Assembly (NCBI GenBank): GCA_016188605.1
Contig: JACPHP010000013.1
Location: 2,846-66,845 of the forward strand
Length of the DNA stretch: 64,000 nucleotides
Direction: 5' to 3'
Source: Candidatus Spechtbacteria bacterium
Lineage (GTDB): Bacteria > Patescibacteriota > Minisyncoccia > Spechtbacterales > JACPHP01
The position numbers were made by a program, and so were the translations under genes. The notes under the pieces are model-generated. The model was not told the DNA's origin. It did not search any database and saw nothing but the letters and a program-made list of their open reading frames with translations. Below, one piece after another: positions 19,049-28,213 of the stretch (the stretch's first letter is position 1; each line of letters begins with the position of its first letter).

Positions 19049-19396
19049 CTAATATCCATTTACCGCGCGCAGCGATAGAACGCCAAAAAGAAAAATAATT
19101 TCGCAAATAATTCCACTAGACAAAAATGTTAACGATAGTGTTCTTTCGCGATGAAAAAATACGAAAGACAAAATAATGTTTATCGTAAATAATAGCAGCG
19201 CGAGCAGGGGTAAATATGAAAATGATGATGGATCTCCAACTTCTTCAATACCGCTAAGAATCGTATATCTAGTTACGAGTGGCGCATCGCTTTGTACGCG
19301 CGCAAGCAACGAGGTAATTGCATTCAGACCCAAAGCAATACCTAGAGCGGCGAAAACAAATTTATGGGAAATAAATATTCGTATTTGCGTAATCAT
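19049..19396 (-). CDS. Hypothetical small membrane protein
   Basis: 115 aa, three predicted TM segments, 4-nt overlap with rmuC. No recognisable motif. Confidence 0.3.
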   Translation of the reverse strand: MITQIRIFISHKFVFAALGIALGLNAITSLLARVQSDAPLVTRYTILSGIEEVGDPSSFSYLPLLALLLFTINIILSFVFFHRERTLSLTFLSSGIICEIIFLFGVLSLRAVNGY

Positions 19397-20529
19397 TCTT
19401 CTATTACTTGCGCCTCTTCCAGTATGCTTGCCGGGGAACCATTTGCTTCCGGCAAAGTGTCGGCGCTTCTAATTTTATCTACTACGGATGTGAGTTTCTT
19501 TGCGCGTGTTACAGAAACTGTCTGATACTGATTTTGGACAGACTGGATGCGCGCGCCGAGCGTATCTACTTCTTTGTTGTATTTTTCGTACTCATCCTCA
19601 AATTGGCGGAATAAATTAGTGATTTGGCGGATATTTGTTTGGTATGTAAAATTGCGATATGCCTGAAAAATCATGCGTAAAATTGCCGTGAAGCTAAACG
19701 GGCCCGCGAGAATAACTTTTTTAGCCATTGCTTCATTCCATACGTCATATAGCTGATCGTAAATAAAGCTAAACACCATCTCATTTGGCACGAACAAAAT
19801 TACAAAATCAACCGTGTTTTCTTCTGGATTAATGTAATCGCGCGTTGTTACCTCTTTAATTTTTTGTTTTACGTCGCTAGTAAATTGCTTGAGATAGTGC
19901 TGTTTGTCCACCTCTTTTTCCGATTCCTGAAATCGCAACAGCGCGTCCAGTGGAAACTTTACGTCAACGTTTACTTTTGTTTTGTCGGGAAGCAAAATAG
20001 TAAAATCTGGCCGCGTGGTAGTGTTCTCCTGCGCTTGCTCTACTAAATAAGTCTGTCCTTTCACAAAGCCAACAGCGCGGAGAAGATTTTCTGCCACTTC
20101 CTGGCCGTAATGTCCGCGCATTTGGTTATTAGAAAGGATAGAACGCAAGTTGTCCGTCGATTCTCTCAAACTACCCACCAAACTTTTATGCTCCTCTAAA
20201 ACAGTGGATAACTTGCTAAATGCCATTACCTGCTTTTCATTTGTTCCCTGGTTTTGTTGTTGCGCCCGTACCAGTTCGCTATGGATTTTATCAATCGCCT
20301 CTTTTACGGAGTCTTTTTTATTTTCAATAAATTGCTCTTCTTTCTTCATTTTTTCCTCAAGCACATTAAAGGCATTTTGCAACTGTTCCATCATGCGTTC
20401 ACGCTCAAAAGACATATTCCTTGAAGCTTCATTTGCCATCATGCGAACAAGCGGGCCGCGCAACGCGAAAAACAAGGCAATAGATATACCCACAGCAACG
20501 ACCAGAATTATTATGAGTTCAGTAAACAT
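19393..20529 (-). CDS. rmuC: DNA recombination protein RmuC
   Basis: N-terminal TM helix, long coiled coil, and a conserved C-terminal region (RGHYGQ, VDFVILFVPNE). Confidence 0.75.
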   Translation of the reverse strand: MFTELIIILVVAVGISIALFFALRGPLVRMMANEASRNMSFERERMMEQLQNAFNVLEEKMKKEEQFIENKKDSVKEAIDKIHSELVRAQQQNQGTNEKQVMAFSKLSTVLEEHKSLVGSLRESTDNLRSILSNNQMRGHYGQEVAENLLRAVGFVKGQTYLVEQAQENTTTRPDFTILLPDKTKVNVDVKFPLDALLRFQESEKEVDKQHYLKQFTSDVKQKIKEVTTRDYINPEENTVDFVILFVPNEMVFSFIYDQLYDVWNEAMAKKVILAGPFSFTAILRMIFQAYRNFTYQTNIRQITNLFRQFEDEYEKYNKEVDTLGARIQSVQNQYQTVSVTRAKKLTSVVDKIRSADTLPEANGSPASILEEAQVIEE

Positions 20530-20540
20530 GGCTGTTAAAA

Positions 20541-20650
20541 TTTATTTATCGCAAATCTCAAATGGCAAAACTCAAATCGACATCGCAAATCTAAAATCTT
20601 CACAGTAGTTTTAAGATTTGAGTTGTAGTTTTGCGATTTAAGATTTGAAA
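20541..20650. repeat. AT-rich word palindrome, CAAATCTCAAAT family
   Basis: CGCAAATCTCAAATGGCAAAACTCAAATCGACATCGCAAATCTAAAATCTTC / AGATTTGAGTTGTAGTTTTGCGATTTAAGATTTGAAATTTGAG. Confidence 0.8.
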
Positions 20651-21282
20651 TTTGAGTTTCTTGTCGCAAAAACCCAGAACTTATACCCCACAAAGTTCCA
20701 TAGCAAAGAAAGAATGGTCGCTGCGAGAAACCCAACATTGTCCCAGCGAGTTTGAGAAAGCCCGCCCATTGCAGGAATGTAATTTACAAAAAGAGTCGCG
20801 ATGCCAACGTTAATTGCAAATCCTAATACGCTTACAACAACAAACTGCCCGAACTCTGTCGCGCCCCCACCGGCAGTTTTATGGAATGTCCAATATTTAT
20901 TCCAAAAATAACTGTTTATTACCGCAACTATAAAGCCGACTGCCTTAAAGCCCGACACTTCCCATCCCACTACGATGCTAGTGAAAAAGATTAAGCTGTT
21001 AGTCACGCCAAAATCAACAGCTGTGTTTAATACCCCAACAAGCGCGAATTTAGCTCCCTGATACGCGATTGAAATATATTTATTCAGCCAAAACGCGACA
21101 TATAGTCCGATAACCGAAAGAATTGGAAATACAAATGGCAGAGTGTTTGCAAATGGCAAATTAACCGCGATATTCTGCGCGATAAAATGAAATAAAACGG
21201 CGACAGCTTCACCGATGATTAAAGAGCCAACAATATCGCCCCAGCCGAAACGCTCCTGCATAACTTGAGTGTTGTTTTCCAT
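20638..21282 (-). CDS. GtrA-family membrane protein (polysaccharide synthesis associated)
   Basis: FALVGVLNTAVDFGVTNSL and further TM helices are typical of GtrA. Confidence 0.65.
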   Translation of the reverse strand: MENNTQVMQERFGWGDIVGSLIIGEAVAVLFHFIAQNIAVNLPFANTLPFVFPILSVIGLYVAFWLNKYISIAYQGAKFALVGVLNTAVDFGVTNSLIFFTSIVVGWEVSGFKAVGFIVAVINSYFWNKYWTFHKTAGGGATEFGQFVVVSVLGFAINVGIATLFVNYIPAMGGLSQTRWDNVGFLAATILSLLWNFVGYKFWVFATRNSNFKS

Positions 21283-21442
21283 GATTATACGAAAAAAATT
21301 AGTTAATAATTCTTATATGAGTTCTGAATAACGAATCATGAATCGTGCATGCGACTACGCTGTTAACTAGCATTCATAATTCGTGATTCACTATTCACGA
21401 TTCAAAGTTCTGTAGTAATTATACTTCAAAACAAAAAGGGTT

Positions 21443-21470
21443 GCCATGTTAGCAGCCCTTTAGCTCTATG
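21443..21470 (-). terminator. Rho-independent terminator downstream of pncB
   Basis: On the minus strand the sequence reads AAAGGGCTGCTAACATGGCAACCCTTTTTGTTTTG. Confidence 0.5.
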
Positions 21471-21491
21471 ATTACAATTAGGTTGTACTGG

Positions 21492-22997
21492 TTACGCTGC
21501 GCGTTGTAGCGCTCGCACTCGCTCCTGCGCTTCTGCGCGCATTTGGCGGAATTTTGTCATCCATTCTGAAATCAGGGGAGAAAATTCGTAATGGGTGTAT
21601 TGACTCCATGTCTCCTCGGCACGCCGAGCCTGACGCTGGAAATCCATATCCTCGCTGTAGACGATCCGACCTTTCCGTACCAGAGGTACGTAAAGCGGGA
21701 TTCCGTCGATGTTCTCGCTTTCGTCAGCAACGACCATGCAGTCACCGCGACCATAAACTCGAATGATGCCCGGGACTGATTCTTTTCCAGGACTGTTCGA
21801 GAATTTGGTGTTTGGGTGTCCATTGGTCGACGACCGTTTGAACGCCGCAGACACCGTGTCGCGATGGAACGCCCTGTAATAATATCCGCCAGCACCAGGG
21901 AATAGCATCGTGGGCTCCACCCCGGTATGTTCCAGGAAGTATGCAAACACTTCGCGCACCTTGTCCGGTGTTACTTCATCCTCGAAGACGATGGTTCGAC
22001 CCTCAATTCCCTCGGCCTTCATGCGCAGATAGATCTGCACGCATTGCGCTGCAATGTCGCCAGAGTCCACTCGAATTCCGAGAGCTCTTACCTCGATGTG
22101 GTTCTTGAAAACTCGGATGGCATTTTCCAGGCCAACTGTTTCTGCGTCGACTAGATCGCAGAGCAGCGACCCATTGCCATGTGCGGTGACGAACAACTCC
22201 ATAGCCTCGCGCTCCGCTTGATCAAGACCCTTTAGGAAATCCTGCAAGGCACACATGAATTCATGCCCTATCGTTCCAATCGTCTTGAACAGCCAAGGAA
22301 ACATGAATTCAGCGATATCCGCGGATGTAAGAATTCGGCTTCCGCCATTTCCAATATAGATAGCGAGAAGCTTGGCCATGGTCATCGGCTCATTGGGGTC
22401 GGCACGGTATCCAAATTCAGCGCTTCTGTCACCTGCCGCCTCGTGCATCAAACGGCCCTTGGTCGCATGAATCACTGGACCATAATACCGGCACATCTGA
22501 GGCTCCAGGAAAGACACAATGCCACCAACGCCCGTGAACACAAGAGCTGGCACGCCGGCAAGAAAAGTCTGCCCGCCGGGAAAGCCATCGATGTCGATCG
22601 GCAGGTAGATGTTCTGGCCTGACTGCGTGCGAAGAAGGTCATCAAAGATTTCTACTGGAAATAATGGCACCGCCGACTTGGTCGTGTACCAGTCGATGGC
22701 AAGCTCAATATCCCTGCGCTTTAACGGCTTCAGGAACCATTGCCGCAGCATCCACTCATGCCCTGCCATAATCAGGCGGTTGTTAGCACCTGTTTCAGGT
22801 AGGCCTTTGCGTAACGTAAGATGATATGCCGCAGGAGATCGAGAAAGATCGTAGTTGGCGCTCCACATGGTTCTCTTGTATGTGTCAGACGAAATAAATC
22901 CGCCCAATAAGAACCAACGCTGGAGAAATTCGCCAATCATTGCCTTGCGCTTAGCCCCTAACTCGCGCGATAGCGCCTCTGAATAAGAAGTTCTCAT
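21492..22997 (-). CDS. pncB: Nicotinate phosphoribosyltransferase (NAPRTase family)
   Basis: The 501-aa product contains GIRVDSGD (the R-x-DSGD motif of the NAPRTase/NAMPT family). It sits in a nadK-nadD-pncA context. GC content is clearly higher than in neighbouring genes. Confidence 0.7.
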   Translation of the reverse strand: MRTSYSEALSRELGAKRKAMIGEFLQRWFLLGGFISSDTYKRTMWSANYDLSRSPAAYHLTLRKGLPETGANNRLIMAGHEWMLRQWFLKPLKRRDIELAIDWYTTKSAVPLFPVEIFDDLLRTQSGQNIYLPIDIDGFPGGQTFLAGVPALVFTGVGGIVSFLEPQMCRYYGPVIHATKGRLMHEAAGDRSAEFGYRADPNEPMTMAKLLAIYIGNGGSRILTSADIAEFMFPWLFKTIGTIGHEFMCALQDFLKGLDQAEREAMELFVTAHGNGSLLCDLVDAETVGLENAIRVFKNHIEVRALGIRVDSGDIAAQCVQIYLRMKAEGIEGRTIVFEDEVTPDKVREVFAYFLEHTGVEPTMLFPGAGGYYYRAFHRDTVSAAFKRSSTNGHPNTKFSNSPGKESVPGIIRVYGRGDCMVVADESENIDGIPLYVPLVRKGRIVYSEDMDFQRQARRAEETWSQYTHYEFSPLISEWMTKFRQMRAEAQERVRALQRAA

Positions 22998-23143
22998 TGT
23001 CGCCCTCCTTCTTTGGCTCGCCGACTAGTCCGCCATAACTTTAGTGACGGCGGAAGCTTAAGCGTAGGCGGCTTTCCTTCCCACGCTTCTATGAAAAGAG
23101 CCCCGCACACGCAGGGCCCCGTTGTGAACAGATTGCGCCTATT

Positions 23144-23767
23144 CTACTTAACTTCTTGACTGTTGTCAATAAAAGTTCTCATTAACTTAACGCCAGCTTG
23201 CGCCATTTCCTCAAGAGCGCGGTCGCCATCACCCTCATGAATATCAACCGCGCGACATGCGTCCACGAGCAAAACGGTCGTAAATCCATTGCGAACCGCG
23301 TCTAGCGCGGTTGCTTTCACGCAGTAATCCGTTGCAAGACCTCCGATCCAGACTGTTTCTACGCCCTCGGTCTTCAATATCTCGGCGAGAGACAGGCCGT
23401 CATCACCCTGTTCCTCGTGCCCTTGGAACGCGGAATACGCGTCTTCGTCTTTTAATGTTCCCTTGGAGAGAACATGAGCGGTAGCAGGGAGATGAAGATC
23501 TGGATGAAATGCCGCGCCTTCGGTATCCTGAACGCAGTGCGTGGGCCATACTCCGCCAAAGTCAGCAAAATGACTTGTTTCGGCCGGATGCCAGTCACGC
23601 GAGGCGAATACGAGCACGTCCAACTGCTGCGCGAGTTCAAGCACAGCATTCAGCGCACTAATAACTTCATTGCCATTGGGAACGGGCAAAGACCCACCGG
23701 GACAAAAATCATTCTGAACGTCAACTACAATGATGGCTCCTCTGTAGCGTTTAGTCGCGTTTACCAT
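23144..23767 (-). CDS. pncA: Nicotinamidase / isochorismatase-family cysteine hydrolase
   Basis: AIIVVDVQNDFCPGGSL; catalytic Asp and Lys; Cys in YCVKATALDA. Confidence 0.75.
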   Translation of the reverse strand: MVNATKRYRGAIIVVDVQNDFCPGGSLPVPNGNEVISALNAVLELAQQLDVLVFASRDWHPAETSHFADFGGVWPTHCVQDTEGAAFHPDLHLPATAHVLSKGTLKDEDAYSAFQGHEEQGDDGLSLAEILKTEGVETVWIGGLATDYCVKATALDAVRNGFTTVLLVDACRAVDIHEGDGDRALEEMAQAGVKLMRTFIDNSQEVK

Positions 23768-24377
23768 AGCGCGCCTCCTCTGTGTTGCTATACAGTTCGT
23801 TCTGATTGATATAGTAGGCGATTTGTTCGCCTACAAGGCTAGCGACATCTTCATGCCTATGTATCAACTCGCGCGCGAGGGTGCTTGACTGGCATCTCAC
23901 CTCGCTATCATGAAGACGAATAAATCTTTCTGGAACGTCGCTCTCACAAATTGGATAACCCGACCTATCAATCACGATGAACCTGATCATATTTTTGAGT
24001 TCGTCCCAGTTATGCCATTGCAGATATTCTCCGCGAGCGACAATATCCGAGCCGATTACCCAGAAAAATTCATAGTCTGGGTGACGCTCGCGTAAAGCCG
24101 CGACAGTGTCAGCAGTGTAGCTAACAACAGTACGCTCGCCTTCAATCTCGCATACGATAATCCCTGGCTCTTCCAAAAATTTTGTCATGGCAACACGATG
24201 GCGCCACGGCGCGAAGTCCGGCTTATTGAACGCGTGCGCAAATACAGGAATCAGCCATACTTCATCAACGAGCCCAGATTTCAGCACCGCCCGCGCCGCG
24301 GCCAAATGGCCAAGGTGCGGCGGGTTCGCGCTAAGGCCAAGGCAGCCGATACGCTTTTTGTTAGTGCTGTTCGTCAT
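23751..24377 (-). CDS. nadD: Nicotinate-nucleotide adenylyltransferase
   Basis: GCLGLSANPPHLGHL (G-x-F-x-P-x-H-x-x-H) and SxT/ISST-type C-terminal motif. Overlaps pncA by 17 nt and nadK by 4 nt. Confidence 0.85.
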   Translation of the reverse strand: MTNSTNKKRIGCLGLSANPPHLGHLAAARAVLKSGLVDEVWLIPVFAHAFNKPDFAPWRHRVAMTKFLEEPGIIVCEIEGERTVVSYTADTVAALRERHPDYEFFWVIGSDIVARGEYLQWHNWDELKNMIRFIVIDRSGYPICESDVPERFIRLHDSEVRCQSSTLARELIHRHEDVASLVGEQIAYYINQNELYSNTEEARYGKRD

Positions 24378-25234
24378 TCTAAGAGACCTGCTTTTTGATG
24401 CAGCGCGTCAATGAATTGATGGCTGCCAAAGCTGATAAAGTTAGTGCGTGTCTGTGACGCGCGCACAACTATCGTCTGGCCAACGTTAATATTGATAGCC
24501 GGGCTGCCATCAACCTTTAGAAAAGCGGCTTGATTTTGTCGTTCTGCCCGCGTTGCCACAAGGGTAATACGGATTATAGAATTAGGCGAAATGACTATTG
24601 GCTTAGCATTCAGTGCGATAGGCGCAACGGGCGTTACTAGCAAGCAATCCATGCTATACATAACAATTGGCCCGCCTGCCGACATGTTATAAGCAGTTGA
24701 ACCAATAGGCGTTGCGATAACAACCCCATCGGCTACAAGTCGATTAAAGACAGTCTTTTCATCAACTTCTAGCTTAACAACTACCATGCCGTCCGGATGG
24801 CGCAGATACACGTCGTTAGCTGCGTGTTGAACACTGGAACTACCGTCGATAAGCACGTCCAGCATTAACCGTTTTTCCACGGCGAAGCTTCCCGCAATGA
24901 CGCGAGAAAGCACCTCGCGCCAATCATCAGGCCCGGCGATAGTCAAAAATCCCTTATCGCCAGCATTGATGCCTAAAATCGGTATTTTTGTCGAAGCTAA
25001 TGCGGATGCCGTGTGTATTAAATACCCATCGCCGCTCAAGACGACAACGAGGTCGTAGTGAGGAGATGGCTTAAATTTTTCGGTGAAGATTTCCGCCGTT
25101 ACATTTTTTTGTTGTGCGAGCCACGCCGCAACCTCACGGGCCATTGTTTGCGCCTCCGGTTTTTTCGGATGAGCGATAATGCCGATGCGCCAGTTTTTAG
25201 CAGTCATTGCCATGCCTCCTTTGTAGCTTTGCAT
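24374..25234 (-). CDS. nadK: NAD kinase
   Basis: DLVVVLSGDGYLIHT (GGDG-like motif), NDVYL, and IATPIGSTAYNMSAGGPIV are typical of NadK. Confidence 0.8.
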   Translation of the reverse strand: MQSYKGGMAMTAKNWRIGIIAHPKKPEAQTMAREVAAWLAQQKNVTAEIFTEKFKPSPHYDLVVVLSGDGYLIHTASALASTKIPILGINAGDKGFLTIAGPDDWREVLSRVIAGSFAVEKRLMLDVLIDGSSSVQHAANDVYLRHPDGMVVVKLEVDEKTVFNRLVADGVVIATPIGSTAYNMSAGGPIVMYSMDCLLVTPVAPIALNAKPIVISPNSIIRITLVATRAERQNQAAFLKVDGSPAININVGQTIVVRASQTRTNFISFGSHQFIDALHQKAGLLE

Positions 25235-25764
25235 CGTTTTTATTTAGCCCACAATATCTCAAAGCTTGCTTTGAGATTAGCATAAACAGAAGCTAAAATA
25301 TCCTGAGCGAGCTTGCGTTTACGCTGAGCCCGTCAAAGCGAGTCGAAGGATTACCTTCGGATACTCCGCTGCTTGCGGCGAGGTAATTAATTTGTAAATG
25401 TTCCGCTCGCAAAATATATCACAAAGACACTTTTTGCACATTCTTTGTGTATATTTAACACTATATATCCGTGCGTAAAATTTAGCAAGCCCCAAGAGGT
25501 TGATAGCGAGATATCCTAATAGCAATATATTTTTGATAAGATTGGCACTATATTATTGGTACTGATCATGTAGACAAACCTCTAACAGGGCAAGAGCTAT
25601 TACAAACAACGGCACAATCATTGATTTGACACAAACGCCTCTATGGGTAACAATATCATTAGAGGCGTTTGTGCCTCAATTCAAAAACAACTAGCGCGGA
25701 ACTGCCATCTCTTTTGATAGGTCGGAAATCTACATAGCGAACGGGTATCCTTGGCCGGTTATCG

Positions 25765-26571
25765 GTGAAGGCTAGCGGTTCGATATGTAGGAGATTGGCG
25801 TCTGCGCGTAATTCTTACGCGGTGGAAATCTCTTTTGCGGCTGAGACCATAGGGCATCTCGGCGGACTCCCCATCACCAATAGTTTGTTAATGTCCTGGA
25901 TAACCATGGCTATTCTTTTTGTTGTTGGGCTTATGGTCGGATATCGTCCAACCCTTATTCCTGGACGCTTGCAGAATGCCTTTGAAATGATAATAGATAC
26001 TATGCTGAACTTTTTTGCAGAGATCATGGGATCCCGTAAAGAAGCGGAAAAGGTCTTTCCGATTGTTTTTACGTTTTTTATTTTCATTCTTCTATCTAAT
26101 TGGCTTGGTATTCTGCCTGGCATTGGCGCGATTGGATTTGAAGAAACAGCAGAAGGCGCGGAACATGGTACAAAGTTCATTCCCCTCTTGCGTTCTTCAT
26201 ATAGCGACCTTAATATGACCTTGGCGCTTGCGATTTGCTCGCTTGTGATAACTCATATTATAGGCATCAGCGCCATTGGTATCGGAAAGCATATCGGTAA
26301 ATTTATTTCTTTCAAGAGCCCCATGGCTTTTTTCGTGGGAATATTGGAAACCATAGCGGAGGTCGCGAAGATCCTTTCATTCTCGTTTCGATTGTTTGGT
26401 AATGTGTTCGCGGGTGAGGTTTTGCTTACTGTGATGCTGTTCTTAATGCCCTATATAGCGCCCGCACCATTTTTGGGAATGGAACTGTTTGTAGGATTTA
26501 TTCAAGCGCTAGTATTCTCTATGTTAACTTTGGTATTCATTAAAGTCGCTATGATGCAAACAGAGCATTAG
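25765..26571 (+). CDS. atpB: F0F1 ATP synthase subunit a
   Basis: Polytopic protein with a C-terminal conserved Arg region (LSFSFRLFGNVFAGEVLL). The true start may lie downstream of the listed ATG. Confidence 0.8.
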   Translation: MKASGSICRRLASARNSYAVEISFAAETIGHLGGLPITNSLLMSWITMAILFVVGLMVGYRPTLIPGRLQNAFEMIIDTMLNFFAEIMGSRKEAEKVFPIVFTFFIFILLSNWLGILPGIGAIGFEETAEGAEHGTKFIPLLRSSYSDLNMTLALAICSLVITHIIGISAIGIGKHIGKFISFKSPMAFFVGILETIAEVAKILSFSFRLFGNVFAGEVLLTVMLFLMPYIAPAPFLGMELFVGFIQALVFSMLTLVFIKVAMMQTEH

Positions 26572-26580
26572 TTTAAATTA

Positions 26581-26700
26581 AAAATTAAAAGTCAAAAATT
26601 TAAAATTATAGTATATACGTCGCGCGGAGCGCGCGACACCATAATTTTTCACTTTTCATTTTTAACTTTTAATTATCAGGATAATTTATTAATTAATTTC
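26581..26700. repeat. Composite palindrome: AT-rich arms around GC core GTCGCGCGGAGCGCGCGAC
   Basis: Lies between atpB and atpE. Confidence 0.7.
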
Positions 26701-26732
26701 ATGGCTTTCAATCATAATAAATAAATTGATAG

Positions 26733-26972
<240 letters not shown>

Positions 26973-26975
26973 TCG

Positions 26976-27056
26976 CTGCTAACCGCAAACCGACGACCGC
27001 ATACTGCCACTCGGCGACGGTTGACGGTTGGCGGTAGTCGGTCGACAGCATTAGCT
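26976..27056. repeat. ACCGAC/TACCGC-word palindrome (GC-type family)
   Basis: GCTAACCGCAAACCGACGACCGCATACTGCC...GGTTGGCGGTAGTCGGTCGACAGC, between atpE and atpF. Confidence 0.75.
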
Positions 27057-27566
27057 ATGTCCGAACTTCTCACAAGTCTTCACATCGATTGGCACATTCT
27101 GCTCGCGCAGATAGTGAATTTTTTGATTCTTCTTTTTTTGCTCGCCAAGTTTGCTTATAAACCAATAATTAAGCTTTTAAACGAACGTCGAAAGATGGTT
27201 GAAGATTCCGTTGAGCGCGCGCAGGCAATTGAACAAAAATTCCAAGAATTTAAGGAATATCGCGCTAAACAGCTTCAAGAAGTACGCAAAGAAGCCCAGC
27301 AGATACTAGTACAAGCGCATGAGTCAGCGGAAAAAGAAAAAGAAGATATTCTTGCCAAAACACGTAAACAGCTGGATGTACTTTTTACGCGAGCAGAAAA
27401 GCAAATTGAACAGCAAAAGGTTGAAATGGTGGCGAACGCGGAAAAAGAAATCGTAACCCTGCTTATTCCTTCGCTGACGCGAGTATTGAAAGATTCGGTA
27501 GACGAGCAGACGCAAAAGACTATTTTGGATCAAGCCGCAAGGCGCATTAAAACGATGTACTCGTAA
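27057..27566 (+). CDS. atpF: F0F1 ATP synthase subunit b
   Basis: Single N-terminal TM helix followed by a long charged helix. Start set at the ATG after the upstream palindrome. Confidence 0.8.
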   Translation: MSELLTSLHIDWHILLAQIVNFLILLFLLAKFAYKPIIKLLNERRKMVEDSVERAQAIEQKFQEFKEYRAKQLQEVRKEAQQILVQAHESAEKEKEDILAKTRKQLDVLFTRAEKQIEQQKVEMVANAEKEIVTLLIPSLTRVLKDSVDEQTQKTILDQAARRIKTMYS

Positions 27567-27690
27567 CAAAATCTCAAAATGCAAATCTCAAATCGCAAAA
27601 CTACAACTCAAATCGCAAAACTACGAACTGTGGCGATTTTAGATTTGCGATTTCGATTTGAGATTTAACATTTTAGATTTGAGATTAAAA
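27561..27690. repeat. AT-rich word palindrome, CAAATCTCAAAT family (atpF/atpH spacer)
   Basis: Read directly. Confidence 0.85.
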
Positions 27691-27691
27691 T

Positions 27692-28069
27692 ATGCAATAT
27701 TCTCCTCGTTTTTACGCCAAAGCATTAGTTGCTTCGCTAAAAGAAGTATCGCCAAAAGAGCAGGGCGCGATTATTAAGCGTTTTGCAAAAATGCTGGAAC
27801 AACAAAAAGCGCTTGGGCTAGCCAAGCAGATTTACGCGGCAGTAGAAACAGAGCTTGCAGAAGAGAAAAAAAAGAATACCGCAAGAATTGTCACCGTCAC
27901 TTCTCTATCCGAATCAGAAAAAAAGAAAATGAAAGAGCAATTTCCCGCGAAAGAATACGAATTTACTACAAATTCCGAATTGATTGGCGGGTTGGTGGTG
28001 CAGCATGGGACGAGGCTATATCAGGCAACTTTGCGGAAAATACTGGAGGGCTTAACCTCAAGTATTTAA
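27692..28069 (+). CDS. atpH: F0F1 ATP synthase subunit delta (short form)
   Basis: C-terminal ELIGGLVVQHGTRLYQATLRKILEGL resembles delta/OSCP. Only 125 aa. Position in the operon supports the call. Confidence 0.65.
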   Translation: MQYSPRFYAKALVASLKEVSPKEQGAIIKRFAKMLEQQKALGLAKQIYAAVETELAEEKKKNTARIVTVTSLSESEKKKMKEQFPAKEYEFTTNSELIGGLVVQHGTRLYQATLRKILEGLTSSI

Positions 28070-28080
28070 AAATATAATTA

Positions 28081-28210
28081 TAATACTAAATGTCAAAATC
28101 CAAATTACAAATGTCAAATCAATGTCAAAGTTCAAAAATCAAAAATTTTGACATTAAGTCATTTGGATTTCATTTGTAATTTGAAATTTGGACTTTGAAA
28201 TTTATTCGCT
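28081..28210. repeat. AT-rich word palindrome, TGTCAAA/TTTGACA subfamily; direct copy A (5' of atpA)
   Basis: About 97% identical over about 120 bp to 29771-29900. My alignment gives 3 substitutions and 1 indel. Confidence 0.9.
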
Positions 28211-28213
28211 ACT

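Noticed and set aside
25319-25525. A 68-aa minus-strand ORF in the atpB upstream region.
   Set aside because: No start context, Cys/Lys-rich low-complexity sequence, and it lies inside a structured non-coding region. Judged spurious.
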